From the human T2T-CHM13v2.0 reference genome, Homo sapiens, in assembly GCF_009914755.1 (NCBI RefSeq), contig NC_060927.1: a DNA stretch of 64,000 nt. One strand, given 5' to 3'. The position numbers and the translations under genes were made by a program. Below, one piece after another: positions 1 through 22,330 of the stretch. Every line of letters starts with the position of its first letter. Positions within the stretch are counted from its first letter, which is position 1. The notes below the pieces were generated by a model. That model saw only the letters and a program-made list of their open reading frames with translations, did no database searches and had not been told where the DNA came from.

Positions 1-3508
<3,508 letters not shown>

Positions 3509-3638
3509 GTGATAAAATTCTGACACATGCTGTAACACAGATGAACCCTGAAGACATTATACTAAGTGAAATAAGCCACAACGAATAACAATACAAAGTA
3601 ACAAACAGTTGGATCAGAGCCACACCCTGATGACCTTT

Positions 3639-3770
3639 CCAGCACGTCGGGAAGCCAAGGCAGGTGGATCACCTCAGGAAGCCTGAGGTCAGGAGTTTGA
3701 GACCAGCCTGCCCAACACGGAGTAACCCCGTCTCTACTAAAAATACAAAACATTAACTGGGTGTGGTGGC
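3639..3770 (+). mobile_element. Alu left-arm fragment lacking both ends
   Basis: CCAGCAC...GAGGTCAGGAGTTTGAGACCAGCCTG...CTACTAAAAATACAAAA...GGGTGTGGTGGC. No tail or TSD visible. Confidence 0.85.
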
Positions 3771-3936
3771 TGGTTCAAACTTCATTATCTCCATAAAGGC
3801 CCTTTCTCCAAATACAGTCACACTGGGTGTTGGGGCTTTAACATGAATTCTGAGTAGACTCAATTCGTTCAACAGCATCATGTAAGAGGAATCATACAGT
3901 ATTTGATTTTTTGGTGTGTTATTCTTCATGTCCTTA

Positions 3937-4405
<469 letters not shown>

Positions 4406-4759
4406 TCAGGCTTTTGGCCTCCAGAACTTCAGCCTGTCTGTTAAGTTACCCAGTTTGTGATATTTTGCTGTGGCAGCTCAAGCTGACCAAGGCATGCGAG
4501 GGACCTAGAGTAGTCAAATTCACAGAGACAGAAAGTAGAACAGTGGTTACCAGGGGCTAGGGGGAGAGGGGACTGGGAAGTTACTGTTTACTTACAGTTT
4601 CCGTTTAAGATGACAAAAAATTCTGAAGGTGGATGGTGGTGATGGTTACATAGCAATATGAATGTATTGAATGCCATTGAACTGTACATTGAAAGATGAT
4701 TAAAATGGTACATTTTATGTTAAAAAAAAAAAAAAAGAATTTCGCCATGTGTTAGTTAA

Positions 4760-4888
4760 ACTGTTGATAATTTAAAATCAGCCCATGATGGGAATATTTA
4801 CATCACAGAAATCAGCAAGCCCTTCAAATCAAGTCTCTACTCCTCCCATCCAGAGCCGGTTGTTAAACATTTATCTGCATACTACTGT
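4760..4888. mobile_element. MER63-like hAT (Blackjack) DNA transposon fragment
   Basis: CATGATGGGAATATTTACATCACAGAAAT...GAGCCGGTTGTTAAACATTTATCTGCATACTACTG resembles the MER63 terminus. Confidence 0.65.
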
Positions 4889-5800
4889 TATAAAATCATT
4901 CTCCTATGTTTACTGGCCTTTGCTTACACTCAAAGGATCTTGGATTTCTCAGGGTTTGTTTATAGGGCTTAAAGTCTTTTGTCATATGACAATCACTGAA
5001 AAAAATATTTGCTTTCTGGCTATAACCAGTTGGAATGAGGAAAATAACAAAGTTACTTATTTGGGGGTAGATGTCTAGTGCAGATGGTAGTGATAATCAA
5101 TTTGTGGCTCATTATCATTAAGGCTTTTATCATTTCCATTTATCTTCATTCTTTACTCCCATTGTCCTCTGGTGTCATTGGCAAACATTCTAATCAATTT
5201 AATGTCAGTCCTCTTTTATATATGTTCTTGTAAAATGTGTACTGTTCTGCATAAATCTATGAACTTACAGAAACAGTTTGTCTCATTCTATTTTATTCTA
5301 TTTAATACCGTTTACACCCAGAACTAGTTTTAAGGATTCTTCACTTGACTGCATTGGTGACCAGTTGCCCTGTGGAAAGACTGCACTAGTCCACTTCCCA
5401 TCAGCCATTCTTGAGGACTTCCTTTTCTCAACATTCTTGCCAACAGTTAACAATTATCTAGCTTACTATTTCCAGGCTAATAGGTATAAAGTGATATCTT
5501 TTATAAATTTACATTTCTGATTACTTAAGAGTTTGAGCATCTTGTTATATTCTTGCTAGCCTTTTGGGTTTTCTTTTCCATAAACAGCCGATAGATATAT
5601 ACTTTGCACAGTTTTTTTTTTTTTTTTTTTTTTTTGCCATGGAGTTTCTGTCTTTTATTATACATTTTAAATATTAATCTCTCATCAATTTCATATCCTG
5701 CAAATATATTTGGAAGAACAAATTTAAGCACCATTAATAATCTATTCCTTAGAAGCCCATAATTTTATACTTTTTAGGGATGGTGTAAAAAAAGAAAACG

Positions 5801-7880
<2,080 letters not shown>

Positions 7881-8029
7881 TATGTTTATTTGTAACATGA
7901 TCCAGGTGTTCTTCCCTCCAAGATGGATGACTAATTTAGCAGTTAACTGTGAGGTCCTGCTGTTTACTGGACTATGTTTCCCTGTGTCACTGAGTTAGAA
8001 GAAGAAGACAATTAATTGGTTCATTTTCT

Positions 8030-8380
8030 TGGTATGGTTTGGCTGTATCCCCACCCAAATCTCACATTGAATTCCCACATGTTGTGGGACCCAGTGGAAG
8101 GTAACTGAGTCATGGGGGCAGGTCTTCCCCATGCTGTTCTTGTGATAGTGAATAAGTCTTATGAGATCTGATGGTTTTAAAAAGGGGAGTTCCCCTGCAC
8201 AAGTTCTCTACTTGCCTGCTGCCATCCATGTAAGACATGACTTGCTCCTCCTTGTCTTCCACCATGACTGTGAGGCCTCCCCAGCGACATGGAATTGTGA
8301 GTCCGATTAAACCTCTTTCTTTTGTAAATTGCCCAGTCTCGGGTATGTCTTTATCAGCAACATCAAAATGGACTAATACA
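8030..8380 (+). mobile_element. THE1A/B solo LTR
   Basis: TGGTATGGTTTGGCTGT...GGACTAATACA, with a perfect 5-bp TSD TTTCT (8025-8029, 8381-8385). Confidence 0.93.
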
Positions 8381-9128
8381 TTTCTCTTAAGGCCTAATAT
8401 TTCTGAGTCAGTTGCCCAAATATAACATTGAAATAACACTGAATGAATATCAAAATCTAAATCATCAGTATCTACAATTAATAGAGCTAATATCTCTTTT
8501 CCCCCTTGCTACAAATGTAGTGATATTGAGGAAATTCCTCATATGATTTGCCTTCTTACCGGACATTTTAATACTGGTATAAAGAATAAATGGATAACTT
8601 GGTAATACCCGTCTTTTGTCAAAATTTGTTTGCATAATCAGAAATTTTCAGGGAATTACATTGAGGTTACTCAGGGTCCAGCCTCATGGATTTGTCCTTT
8701 TAATGGATCCTTGAGTAATTTTAGACATTAGTGTATTGTAGTACATATTTTGAGACATAAGAGAAATGAATGATGCTCCTCTACCCTGGGGGTTGGGGTG
8801 GAAAACAGACTCTTTCATAAGGCTTGAGGGGGCTGGAACCAGCTTCATGTTTAGAGTAGGAACAGGACCCAGAACCATGTGACAATGCTAGGACACAGGA
8901 GGTGGATGGAGAAGGTAAAGAAGTCTGAGTAGGCTAGAGAAGGCCAAAGCAACCCCTAATTAACCACATATGAGCTTAACATGAAGAAGACTCAAGCTCC
9001 TCATGAACCTAGGTGGTTAACACTTGATCATTGATTATAAGAGCACAAACACCACAGAACTGGCAGATGGAGAGAAGTGACGACATCGAAGAGAAATGTG
9101 GGCCAGCTCATGGGATCCCTATGTAGAG

Positions 9129-9321
9129 CAGTGGTTGGCAATTTTTTCCTCTAAAGGGCCAGATTGTAAATACTTAAGGCTTTGCAAGCCATATATGGTC
9201 TCTGTCTCTCCTCTTTCTTCTTTACAATCCTTTAAAAATGTAAAAATCTTCATAGTTCCTAGGTCATACAAAATCAGGCTGTAGGCCATATTTGACCATG
9301 GGCATCGCTTGCCAGTCCCTG
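9129..9321. mobile_element. MER58-type hAT-Charlie MITE
   Basis: Termini CAGTGGTTGGCAA...TTGCCAGTCCCTG and internal AAGGGCCAGATTGTAAATA. Confidence 0.8.
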
Positions 9322-10559
9322 GTATAGTCTGGTCAAATCTTCGAAGGATCATGTATATTTGGAAGCCACCGGGGAAGCAAGGAGCATCTGCAGGAAAAAC
9401 TCATGCCATATGATGGAGTCCTCATTGACCAACGTCTGTGCTATTGAAGATGTCTGTGCTTCTTTTGAAAGACCAAATCTCTAAGCACCAGCAGCTATGC
9501 AGAGGAACCTAGAAAAGATATGGATGTCCCCTTTCTCCCCACAGCTTAGTGGACATCACTTCTCAGAAACCCAGACAGTGGATGAAGAGAAATCTTCAAA
9601 ATGTACCTTTAAACATGAATGCAATTAAATATTTTGAACTTGGCTGGAAAGAATTGTTGTTTTAGACCACTTTTTCTGGTGCTGAATGGTAATGAGGCTC
9701 CAGAGCTAAGAAGAAATTGATTATAGAGAAAGAGTTTCTGTTATATTCTTTCCAATTTGACTTTCAAATCTATACGTTTTTTATGAAGATTTTTGAATAA
9801 TCACCAGTGAATATTAGGGGCAATCAACATACATCTCTCTGCCATGGTCACTTTGAGTGTCAAGCTTGCACACTGCCCATTCAATACCTCTTTTACTCTG
9901 TGGATACAGCTTTTGTACTCCTTTTGCCTTACGTACATTTAAACCTCTGATAAGAGATAAACGTATCTCAGAATCCCCAATTATTTTTAATCACTTTGTA
10001 CAAGTGAGGTAAGATCTGTTTCCTAAATACTTTATTTATTTAAACAACTTTTCTAGACTGTGAAAATTTGGTACTTTCAAACCAATCCTGACAATACCAA
10101 ACCCAAGGAAAGATACTATCAAAACTTACCTGATTAGGAAAAACATTAACACTATCTAGGCTATAAGAAAATATCAGAAAAAATAATTCCAATTACTGGA
10201 AACATTCAAGCTTTTAAAACATATCAAAAGTTCAATTATAAAAATAAACTTCAAAATAACTGCTATACTTGTAGTTTGCTATTCTCAATACAAAGATCTG
10301 TAGATCAAAGATGTCCTCAAATCTCGAGCTAATATCTATGAAGGGTTTTTTGGCTCCTTTAATGCCTTGTGGGTTTTTTAGCTTAAGAAGTAAGAACAAT
10401 CATGCTCACTTTTGGGGCAGTTAGACTCTTTTAATTACAACTTTTGAGCAGTAACACTGGGAAAATGTCTTTCATGGTTTGAGAAGTCCTAGTCCATGTG
10501 TTCAATTTTCATGCCTCTTCTTTTGAAAGTCTTACTGGGGTTTTTTCCCTGGTTTTTAC

Positions 10560-12490
10560 CTGTGCATTCTACCTGCAGACACATGTCAGGAAAGAGTTGC
10601 ACAGGGTTTGAGTTAGGGTGGTACATATGGTATAAACCAGGTTGGGCCCTGTGGAATCCCTAGGGCCAAGGCAAACAGGAATCCCGGTACTGGAGTATGG
10701 CTGTCAAAAGTGTATATACACCAGTTTCATGTCTTTGCTGTCTTTAATTCAGAGGCAGCCCAGGTCCCCCTGCCTATTTCTATCCTGACTTTTCAGTACT
10801 GTAAAATTTGGATTTAAAAAGCACTTGCCAGTTTGGAAGGCTGAGGTAGGAGGATCACTTGAGTCCAGGAGTTTGAGACCATCCTGGGCAAAATAGCAAG
10901 ACCCCACCTTTAAAAAAAAAAAAGCAGCCAGGTGCGGCGGCTCATGCCTGTAATCCCAGCACTTTGGGAGGCCGAGGCGGGCAGATCACAAGGTCAGAAG
11001 ATTGAGACCATCCTTGCTAACATGGTGAAACCCTGTCACTACAAAAAATACAAAAAAAATTACCCGGACATGGTGACAGGCACCTGTAGTCCCAGCTACT
11101 CAGGAGGCTGAGGCAGGAGAATGGCATGAACCCAGGATACGGAGCTTGCAGTGAGCCGAGATAGCGCCACTGCACTCTAGCCTGGACAACAGAGCGAGAC
11201 TCTGTCTCAAAAAAAAAAAAAAGAAAGAAAGAAAAAGCTGAGCATGGTAGTGCATGTTTGTAGTCCTAGCTACTCAGGAAGCTGAGGCAGGAGGGTCACT
11301 TGAATCCAAGAGTTTGAGGTTGCAGTGAACTATGATTCTACCACTGCCCTCCAGCCTGGGAGACAGTGTGAGACCCTATCTCTAAAATTTAAAAAAATTT
11401 AAAAATGATACTTGCATTTTATCTCTTGGTCTTATATACAGTAAGATTATATACTTGAGATGACTTAGGCATCTTCAGAAAAACTTGAGCCAGCTGTTTT
11501 TCAGAGACAAGTTACTGTTTTAACAGGATCTCTACGAGATAGGCAGAAATTCTTTGAAGGGCATGTAGTATGTGCATCTGGGAATGATTCTGTCCTGGTC
11601 AGTCCCTAGTGTATCCAGTTACTCCTTGTCTGACCAATCCTTGAGCAATAGAGAGTATAACAATGAATGGTTCTGGACATGTTTAAATTTTGGGCATGAG
11701 TGAACTTCACGCAGTTAGTGATCTTCTTGAAGTTAGCATTTGACTTGTAGGTCAATTCACCCCAGCAAGATCTTGAGTCAGCAGTTGACCTGCAAGTTCT
11801 CTGGAGAATGCTTCTAATGGTTGAAAGTTACAACCATTAAAGTCTCTAATGGATGTAACTTTCCAAGTCTGTTAAGAATCTTTCTACTTTCCCAAAGGAT
11901 TTGGGGTTAATAAAGAGTGAAGTTTCTGAATAAAAGACGAAGACTTTTCATAAACCATGAATAATTGCCCCCATAAAATGTCTTTCCCTAGCAATGAAGA
12001 GGATAAATGTGTTAGGATGGCCTGGATTGAAACCATGAAGACTAAGGTCTCTCTCTCTTTCTCTTTTTAAAAATTATGCCACTCTAATTGCTGTGACTTC
12101 AACCTATCCAGAAAGTAAACATGCTATTACTACTACATTTTCACTCATAGTGGACAATTTTATAAAATTTATTTGAAGATGCTCAACCAATTCTGTCGTT
12201 CATGGTTTCAGTCTCTGTCACTTTTACAGTTTTTTCAACATTATATTAGTTACAGATGAGACATGAAAGGACATATCTTCTCTTATTCTAGAAAAGTTTC
12301 CACATCAATGTTGAGTATCAGAGCCAATTTGTCTCAGTGGTAATAAATTATACAATGGAAGATTTTAGCAAAGTCCATTTGAAGTTACCTGCTGACACCA
12401 AGCATCCTTCCTGGATTTGACAGACCTTCTCTTCATGAATTTTAAAACCTGATGATTCCCATTTATTTTCTAGCACTGATGAGTACTAGT
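10560..12490 (-). mobile_element. Degenerate class I (ERV1/gamma-like) ERV pol remnant, integrase region
   Basis: Manual minus-strand translation across frameshifts gives GNFSRI..SCLICN*YNVEKTVKV (Cys part of the HHCC finger), EHLQINFIKL..VVVIACLLSG*VE, RERHFMGAII and NPKSFGKVER. These follow the order of the gamma-type IN motifs HLQxDF, LVIVCxFSGWVE, SDRGTHFTG and HPQSSGKVER. The left boundary is approximate. Confidence 0.75.
10830..11405 (+). mobile_element. 5'-truncated AluJ with an AluY (10926-11236) nested in its central A-rich linker
   Basis: AluJ left arm, then a full AluY flanked by AAAAAGC repeats, then the AluJ right arm. Approximate outer TSD AAAAAGCACTTGC / AAAAATGATACTTGC. Confidence 0.9.
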
Positions 12491-12741
12491 TGGCAGTCCA
12501 GATTTCTTTGGGCAATGAGAAAGGGACAGAGAACCGATGTCCCCAAGGCAAAACTATAAAGAAATTTTCTTTGTTCTATGTGAGTGCAAGTATTTCTGAT
12601 TCTCATTCTTGATGAGGCTAGAAAACATTTATTAAATTCATGGTTGCATACCATATACCTGAGGCCTTATTAATCTTCTCTAGCAATGCTATCACATCCA
12701 GCATAGTGGCTATGATACAGGCTACTGTTTGGTTGAGCTTA

Positions 12742-16628
<3,887 letters not shown>

Positions 16629-17159
16629 TAGAACCAAGACCCAATTTGAGAGTTATGCCAACTTCCAAGTATGTCAACCCTAGTTATACACTTGAAGACT
16701 AGTGAAATGATAACTGCTAGTCTCATTAACTAGCATTAATGAGAGCGGTAACTGCACCCTCATTAACTGCTAATTTATTTTGTCTCTAGAGACACTGCAC
16801 CTCCTTGTAGGCTAAGCCCCCTAGGCTGCACCTCTGTCCCTGCTGGTTGAGACATAATTTTGACCACCTAGTTTCTGGCATATAAGCACCACCACCCGGT
16901 CCCCATTGTACCTCATTAGCTCCAATGCTATTAGTGAGCCAACCTAGACCAAGTAGATATACTGTAAGCCAGAATCTATTTATTATCTGGTGTTTGCATG
17001 CCAGCTCTAACAGCAGAGACTTGATTTTGATCCTTGGGTATCAGTGTCAACTAAGAACCTATATCTAAAAGTCCTTGAAATGTCTGGGTATTCCCCTTTT
17101 CCTTATGTTCAAGTAGATCTTGTTGGGAAATGACTGGTGAAATCATTACAATGGATGGT

Positions 17160-19448
17160 TTTAGTAGTTCATTTTCATGCTGCTGATAATGACACACCTG
17201 AGACTGGGTAATCATAAAGAAAAAGAGGTTTAATGGACTCATAGTTCCACATGGGTGGGGAGGCCTCACAATCATGGCAGAAGGCAAAAGGCATGTCTTA
17301 CATGGCAGCAGACAAGAGAGAATGAGAACCAAGTGAAAGGGGTTTCTCCTTATAAAACCATCAGATCTTGTAAGACTCATTCACTACCATGAGAACAGTA
17401 TGGGGGAAACTGCCCCCATGACTCAATTATCTCCCACTGGGTCCCTCCCACAATATGTGGGAATTATGGGAGCTACAATTCAAGATGAGATTTGGGTGGG
17501 GACACAGCCAAACTGTATCATTGTGACCCTGGTCCCTCCCAAATCTCATGTCCCCACATTTCAAAAGCCATCAAGCCTTCCCAGTAGTCCTCCAAAGTCT
17601 TATTTCAGCATTAACTCAAAAGTCCACAGTCCAAAGTTTCATCCAAGACAAGGCAAGTCTTTTCTGCCTATGAACCTGTAAGATCAAAAGCAAGTTAGTT
17701 ATTTTCTGGATACAATGGGAGTACAGGTATTAAGTAAATACACCAATTCCAAATGGAAGAAATAGGCCAAAATGAAAGAGCTAAATGCCCCACAAAAGTC
17801 TGAAATCCGATGGGGCAATCAAATCTTAAAGCTCCAAAATGATCTCCTTTGACTCCATGTCTCACATCCAAAGTGTGCTGATGCAAGAGGTGGGTTCCCA
17901 TGGTCTTGGGCAGCTCCACCCCTGTGGCTTTGCAAGGCACAGCTTCCCTCCTGGTTGCTTTCACAGGCTGGTGTTGAGTGTCTACGCCTTTTCCAGGCAC
18001 ATTGTGCAAAGCCATGGTGCACCCCCTTCTGGGGTCTGGAGGACAGTAGCCCTCTTCTCACAGCTCCACTACACAGTGCCCAAGTAGGGACTCTGTGTGA
18101 GGGCTTCAACTCCACACTTCCCTCCTGCACTTCCCTAGCAGAGGTTCTCTATGAGGGCCCTGCCCCTGCAGCAAACTTTGGTCTGGACCACCAGGGGTTT
18201 TCATACATCCTCTGAAATCTAGGTGGAGACTCCCAAACCTCAATTTTTGACTTCTGTGCACCCGCAGGCTCAACACCACATGGAGGCTACCAAGGCTTGG
18301 GGCTTTCACACTCTGAAGCCATGGCCAGAACTGTACTTTGGACTCTTTTAGCGTGGCTAGAATGGCTGTAATGCAGGGCATCAAGTCCCTAGGATACACA
18401 CAGCAGGTGGGCCCTGGGTCTGGCCCATGAAACCATTTTTTCTTCCTAGGCCTCCAGGGGAAGGACTGCCTCAAAGGTCTCTGACATGCCCTGGAAACAT
18501 TTTCCCCATTGTTTTGGCAATTAACACCTGCGTTAATCATAAATTTGCAGTTATTTATGCAAATTTCTGCAGCAGGCTTGAATTTCTCCTCAGAAAATGG
18601 GTTTTTCTTTTCTATCACATTGTCAGGCTTCTATTTTTTTTTTTAACTTTTATGCTCTGTTTTTCTTTTAAAACTGAATGCATTTAACAGCACCTAACTC
18701 ACCTCTTGAATGCTTTGCTGCTTAGAAATTTCTTCTGCCAGATACTCTAGATCATCTCTCTCAAGTTCAATGTTCCACAAATCTCTAGGGCAGGGGCAAA
18801 ATGCTGCCATTCTCTTTGCTAAAACATAGCAACAGTCACTTTTACTGCAGTTTCCAACAAGTTTCTCATCTCCATCTGAGACCACCTCAGCCTGGATTTT
18901 ATTGTCTATATCATCAGCATTTTGATCAAAGCTATTCAACAAGTCTCTAGGAAGTTCCAAACTTTCCCACATTTTCCTGTCTTCTTCTGAGCCCTTCAAA
19001 CTGTTCCAACATCTGCCTGTTACCCAGTTCCAAAGTTGCTTGCACATTTTCAGGTATCTTTACAGTAGCACCCCACTCCTGGTACCAATTTACTGTGTTT
19101 GTTCTCACACTGCTAATAAAGACATACCTGAGACTGGGTAATTTATAAAGAAAAAGAGGTTTAATGGACTCACCGTTCCACGTGGCTGGGGAGGCCTTAA
19201 TCATGGCGGAAGGCAAAAGTCATGTCTTACATAGTGGCAGACAAGAGAGAATGAGAACCAAGCGAAAGATGTTTCCCTTTATAAAACCATCAGATCTCAT
19301 AAGACTTATTCACTACCACAAGAACAGCAGGGAGGAAACTCCCCCATGATTCAATTCTCTCCCACCAGTTCTCTCCTATGTCATGTGGGAATTATGGGAG
19401 CTACAATTCAAGATGAGATTTGGGTGGGGACACAGCCAAACCATATCA
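17160..19448 (-). mobile_element. Full-length THE1B/C MaLR element (LTR-internal-LTR)
   Basis: Two homologous LTRs (~17160-17520 and 19094-19448) flank ~1.57 kb of THE1-int. ORFs 18106-18618 and 18694-19047 are typical THE1-int translations (ELPRDLLN.FDQNAD). Confidence 0.93.
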
Positions 19449-20330
19449 CTAATGAATTCTTGCAGTTCATTTGGGACTCAATTTCTCTTCTCCCTTAAGA
19501 AACCTGGCACACCATCAGCTGGCTTGTGCTGTGACTTAACCCTAGTTATCAGCCTAAAATCTAGGAGACAAAATGTGGTCATTTCCTGAAATGAGTGCCT
19601 GATGCCTTGTGAGGAAGAATCCTTTGAAGAATCTTCCTGCATGAGGTCAAAGTTAGCCTTTAATAGGGAGGACTGGGCCATTTTTATAAGTTCTGTCTCA
19701 GGGTGTCCTCAGAGCCACAGTTCACAAGGACACCCATCCAGACACCTTTTTACCATGTTTTCCCAAACAGGGCCTTGTCTTTAGCATTGCAAACATTATC
19801 TTAGCTGAGCATTATCTTGAAAGCAAGATAATGATAATTATTGCTTTCAATAGTCTTTGAACCTTCTCAGTTTTAATTATGAGATTTGGAGTTTGTTCAT
19901 TAGTTGGGTCTGCTCTCCTGTTCTGAAAAACATAAGGGCTTCTTTGTAAGTGACTAAACAGGCCCTCTAGTTCTCACACTTAGTTTTCAACCTTTTTAAC
20001 TGCCTTTAGTGTCTCTTGACCCCTCTGTAGTTAGTTAATGCAACTTATTAATAACCAGCCAATTCTACTTTCCTTGTATATATTGTTACTCTTATTATCT
20101 TTTAAATGCCTGAGTTGTCCCACTGGCAAAGGTATACCTCCATCAGAATATTTATCTTGTCCTAAACACCAGTGAAATTTTCATCAACTGGGCCTCTACC
20201 TTGTGGCAGGGAGTAGCCTTGCCCCATATATCACTTAAGATGGGGTACTTCTTACCACCCGGCTGGTGAGTGACAAGTCCCCAAACTGCATCTTACTACC
20301 TGCCTTCTTAGACCATCCAGGTATATCAGT

Positions 20331-20800
20331 TGTGTTAGATTTGCCTTCCAGGAAGCAGTCACAAAGACAGAGATAGGAATGCATGAGTTTTATTGTTGGT
20401 AATGCCTATGAAACATAAGGGGAAAGTAAACAGGAATAGGGAAAGCCTTCAGACTGTGATGCAGGCCTGACACCTATGAAAGAAGGCAGGGAATGAAAGG
20501 GGATTGGATAGAAGCAGCATGAGACTGAAGTGCAGCTTTGAGAGTCTTGGCCAGCTTGATAGAGAGCTCCAGAGCAAAGATTGCCTATCACAGGAGGTTT
20601 GCATTGGCCATAAATAGCTGTGCTTTGGGATCCCTGATGTTCTAAGTCATTGACTGGGAGCTGTCTAGGAAGGGTTGTCCTTGGCTCAAACACAGCAATA
20701 GATCCCAAAGGTGCTGCAGCTAGAGGCTGTCAATAGACTACACTCCTCATTACAGGTTCTCTCTTAAAAGGAGATCTGAGCAATGCATTTTTGAACTATT
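20331..20800 (-). mobile_element. LTR16-like ERVL LTR, probably the 5' LTR of the adjacent ERVL
   Basis: TGTGTTAGATTTGCCTTCCAGGAAGCAG...TGCATGAGTTTTATTG is an antisense LTR16-type end and directly abuts the ERVL internal region. Confidence 0.7.
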
Positions 20801-20849
20801 ATGCTGCCAAATTAGGTATTAGCTACAGGCTAGGCATTACCTTTTTTAC

Positions 20850-22330
20850 ATTTCATCCCCTTCATCTAGAATTATTTCCCATCTGTTTGAATAACATTCA
20901 TTAGAATTTACTAGAGAAGTTCTGGGTTGAAAAAAATAGTTTTTAATATCCTGTTTTCTTGAGAATGTCTCTAGGTATAGAGTCCAAGTTTTCTCTTTTC
21001 CCTACTTTCAATAAATCAACTGTCTTCTGTCTTCCGTGCTACTCTGATGGTTCAGTCACGATTCTAATTATCTTTATTTTGTAGATTATCTTTCATTTCT
21101 TTCTGACTACTTTCACAATGTATCTTTCTGCAACATTTATGATGTGTTAATGTGTGATTTTATTTTTATTTTTACTGCCTTGGACTTCTAAGTCTTGGCT
21201 TACTAGTAATTATAAAAAGTTACCAGCACTATCTATCTCTCCCTTAGGCTCTCACATCCTTTTGGAACTCTGGTTAGAATTCTGTTACTTTTTATTCTAT
21301 TCTCCATATTTCTTGCCTTCTCTTTTATATTTATATATCAATCCTTCTGGGTGTGTTTTGGAAGTCTCTTCAGGTTAGACTTCCAGTTTAGGCAGAGCAA
21401 AAATAAAATGTATAGCTTAATTCGTGCTCTAAATTTCACATTTTATGTGCTGTAGTCTTCTTTTCTACATATTCTATTTGATTGTGTTTAAAATCTCTTA
21501 GTTCTTATTCTCTAAAAATCTCTTCTTCCAAGCTTATTTTTAAGGATCTCATTTCTTTAAACATATATGCTTTTTATTCTGATTGATAATTCTGATATCT
21601 GAAACCTTTGTGGTCTACTTCTGCTGGTTCTTACTCATAGTATGTTTTCATTATTATTTTGTGGTCTGTATTTTGATATGTGTGTGTGGATGCTCAATTT
21701 TCTGGAGATTTAACCATGGGAATTCCATAGGACCTGTTAAATTACTCAGAGAGGATTGATATTTTCTTTTCTCAGTAGCTTGCTGGTATGACAAATCCAG
21801 GAATTCAAATTAAATTCTATACTTCAGTTTTCCTTGGACCATACAGGTTATTTGAATTTAGACAGCAAACCTGAGAACTGGTATATGATTATGTGCTCTC
21901 AGGGAAGAATTTATTTTCTTTTCCCTTTACCTACAACTAAGTTTGAGAAGGTATGTTTCCTTGATTTCATCTTTTTTGGCAACTTTTTTTTCCTTATATC
22001 CTGAAAAAGTCAAAATTTTATGCAGGATCTCCCCCTAGGTTCCCCAACTAGATAGGCCATAGGATTTAGTTCTTCATATTAGCTCACAAAGAAGCAGCTC
22101 AAAAATCTCCAGAGTTCAGCAGAAACTGACAGGTCAAGAGGCTGATTTGGTGATACCTGAGTATCACCCAGCATTCCTAGTTTTACATAATTTGAAGAAT
22201 TTTTCATATTCTTTAATTCTTTACCAGCCTGTTGACACTTTCTAAAAGATTTTTTAAAATATTTCTAGTCATTCTCTTAGATTCATTGGGTGGGGGTTTT
22301 TTAGGATATCTAATCTACCATACTCCTGGA
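20850..22330 (-). mobile_element. Very old L1M/L1ME-like remnant
   Basis: Long T-rich stretch with the texture of antisense old L1. No diagnostic motif confirmed. Confidence 0.4.

Noticed and set aside
10020-12490. Processed pseudogene on the minus strand (protein-like frames, AATAAA near 10035)
   Set aside because: Frame-hopping translation gives retroviral integrase motifs in the correct order. No poly(A), TSD or recognisable cellular parent was found.
17695-19216. Cluster of 80-170-aa ORFs suggesting a gene
   Set aside because: All lie within the THE1 element and are fragments of its decayed internal ORF or antisense frames.
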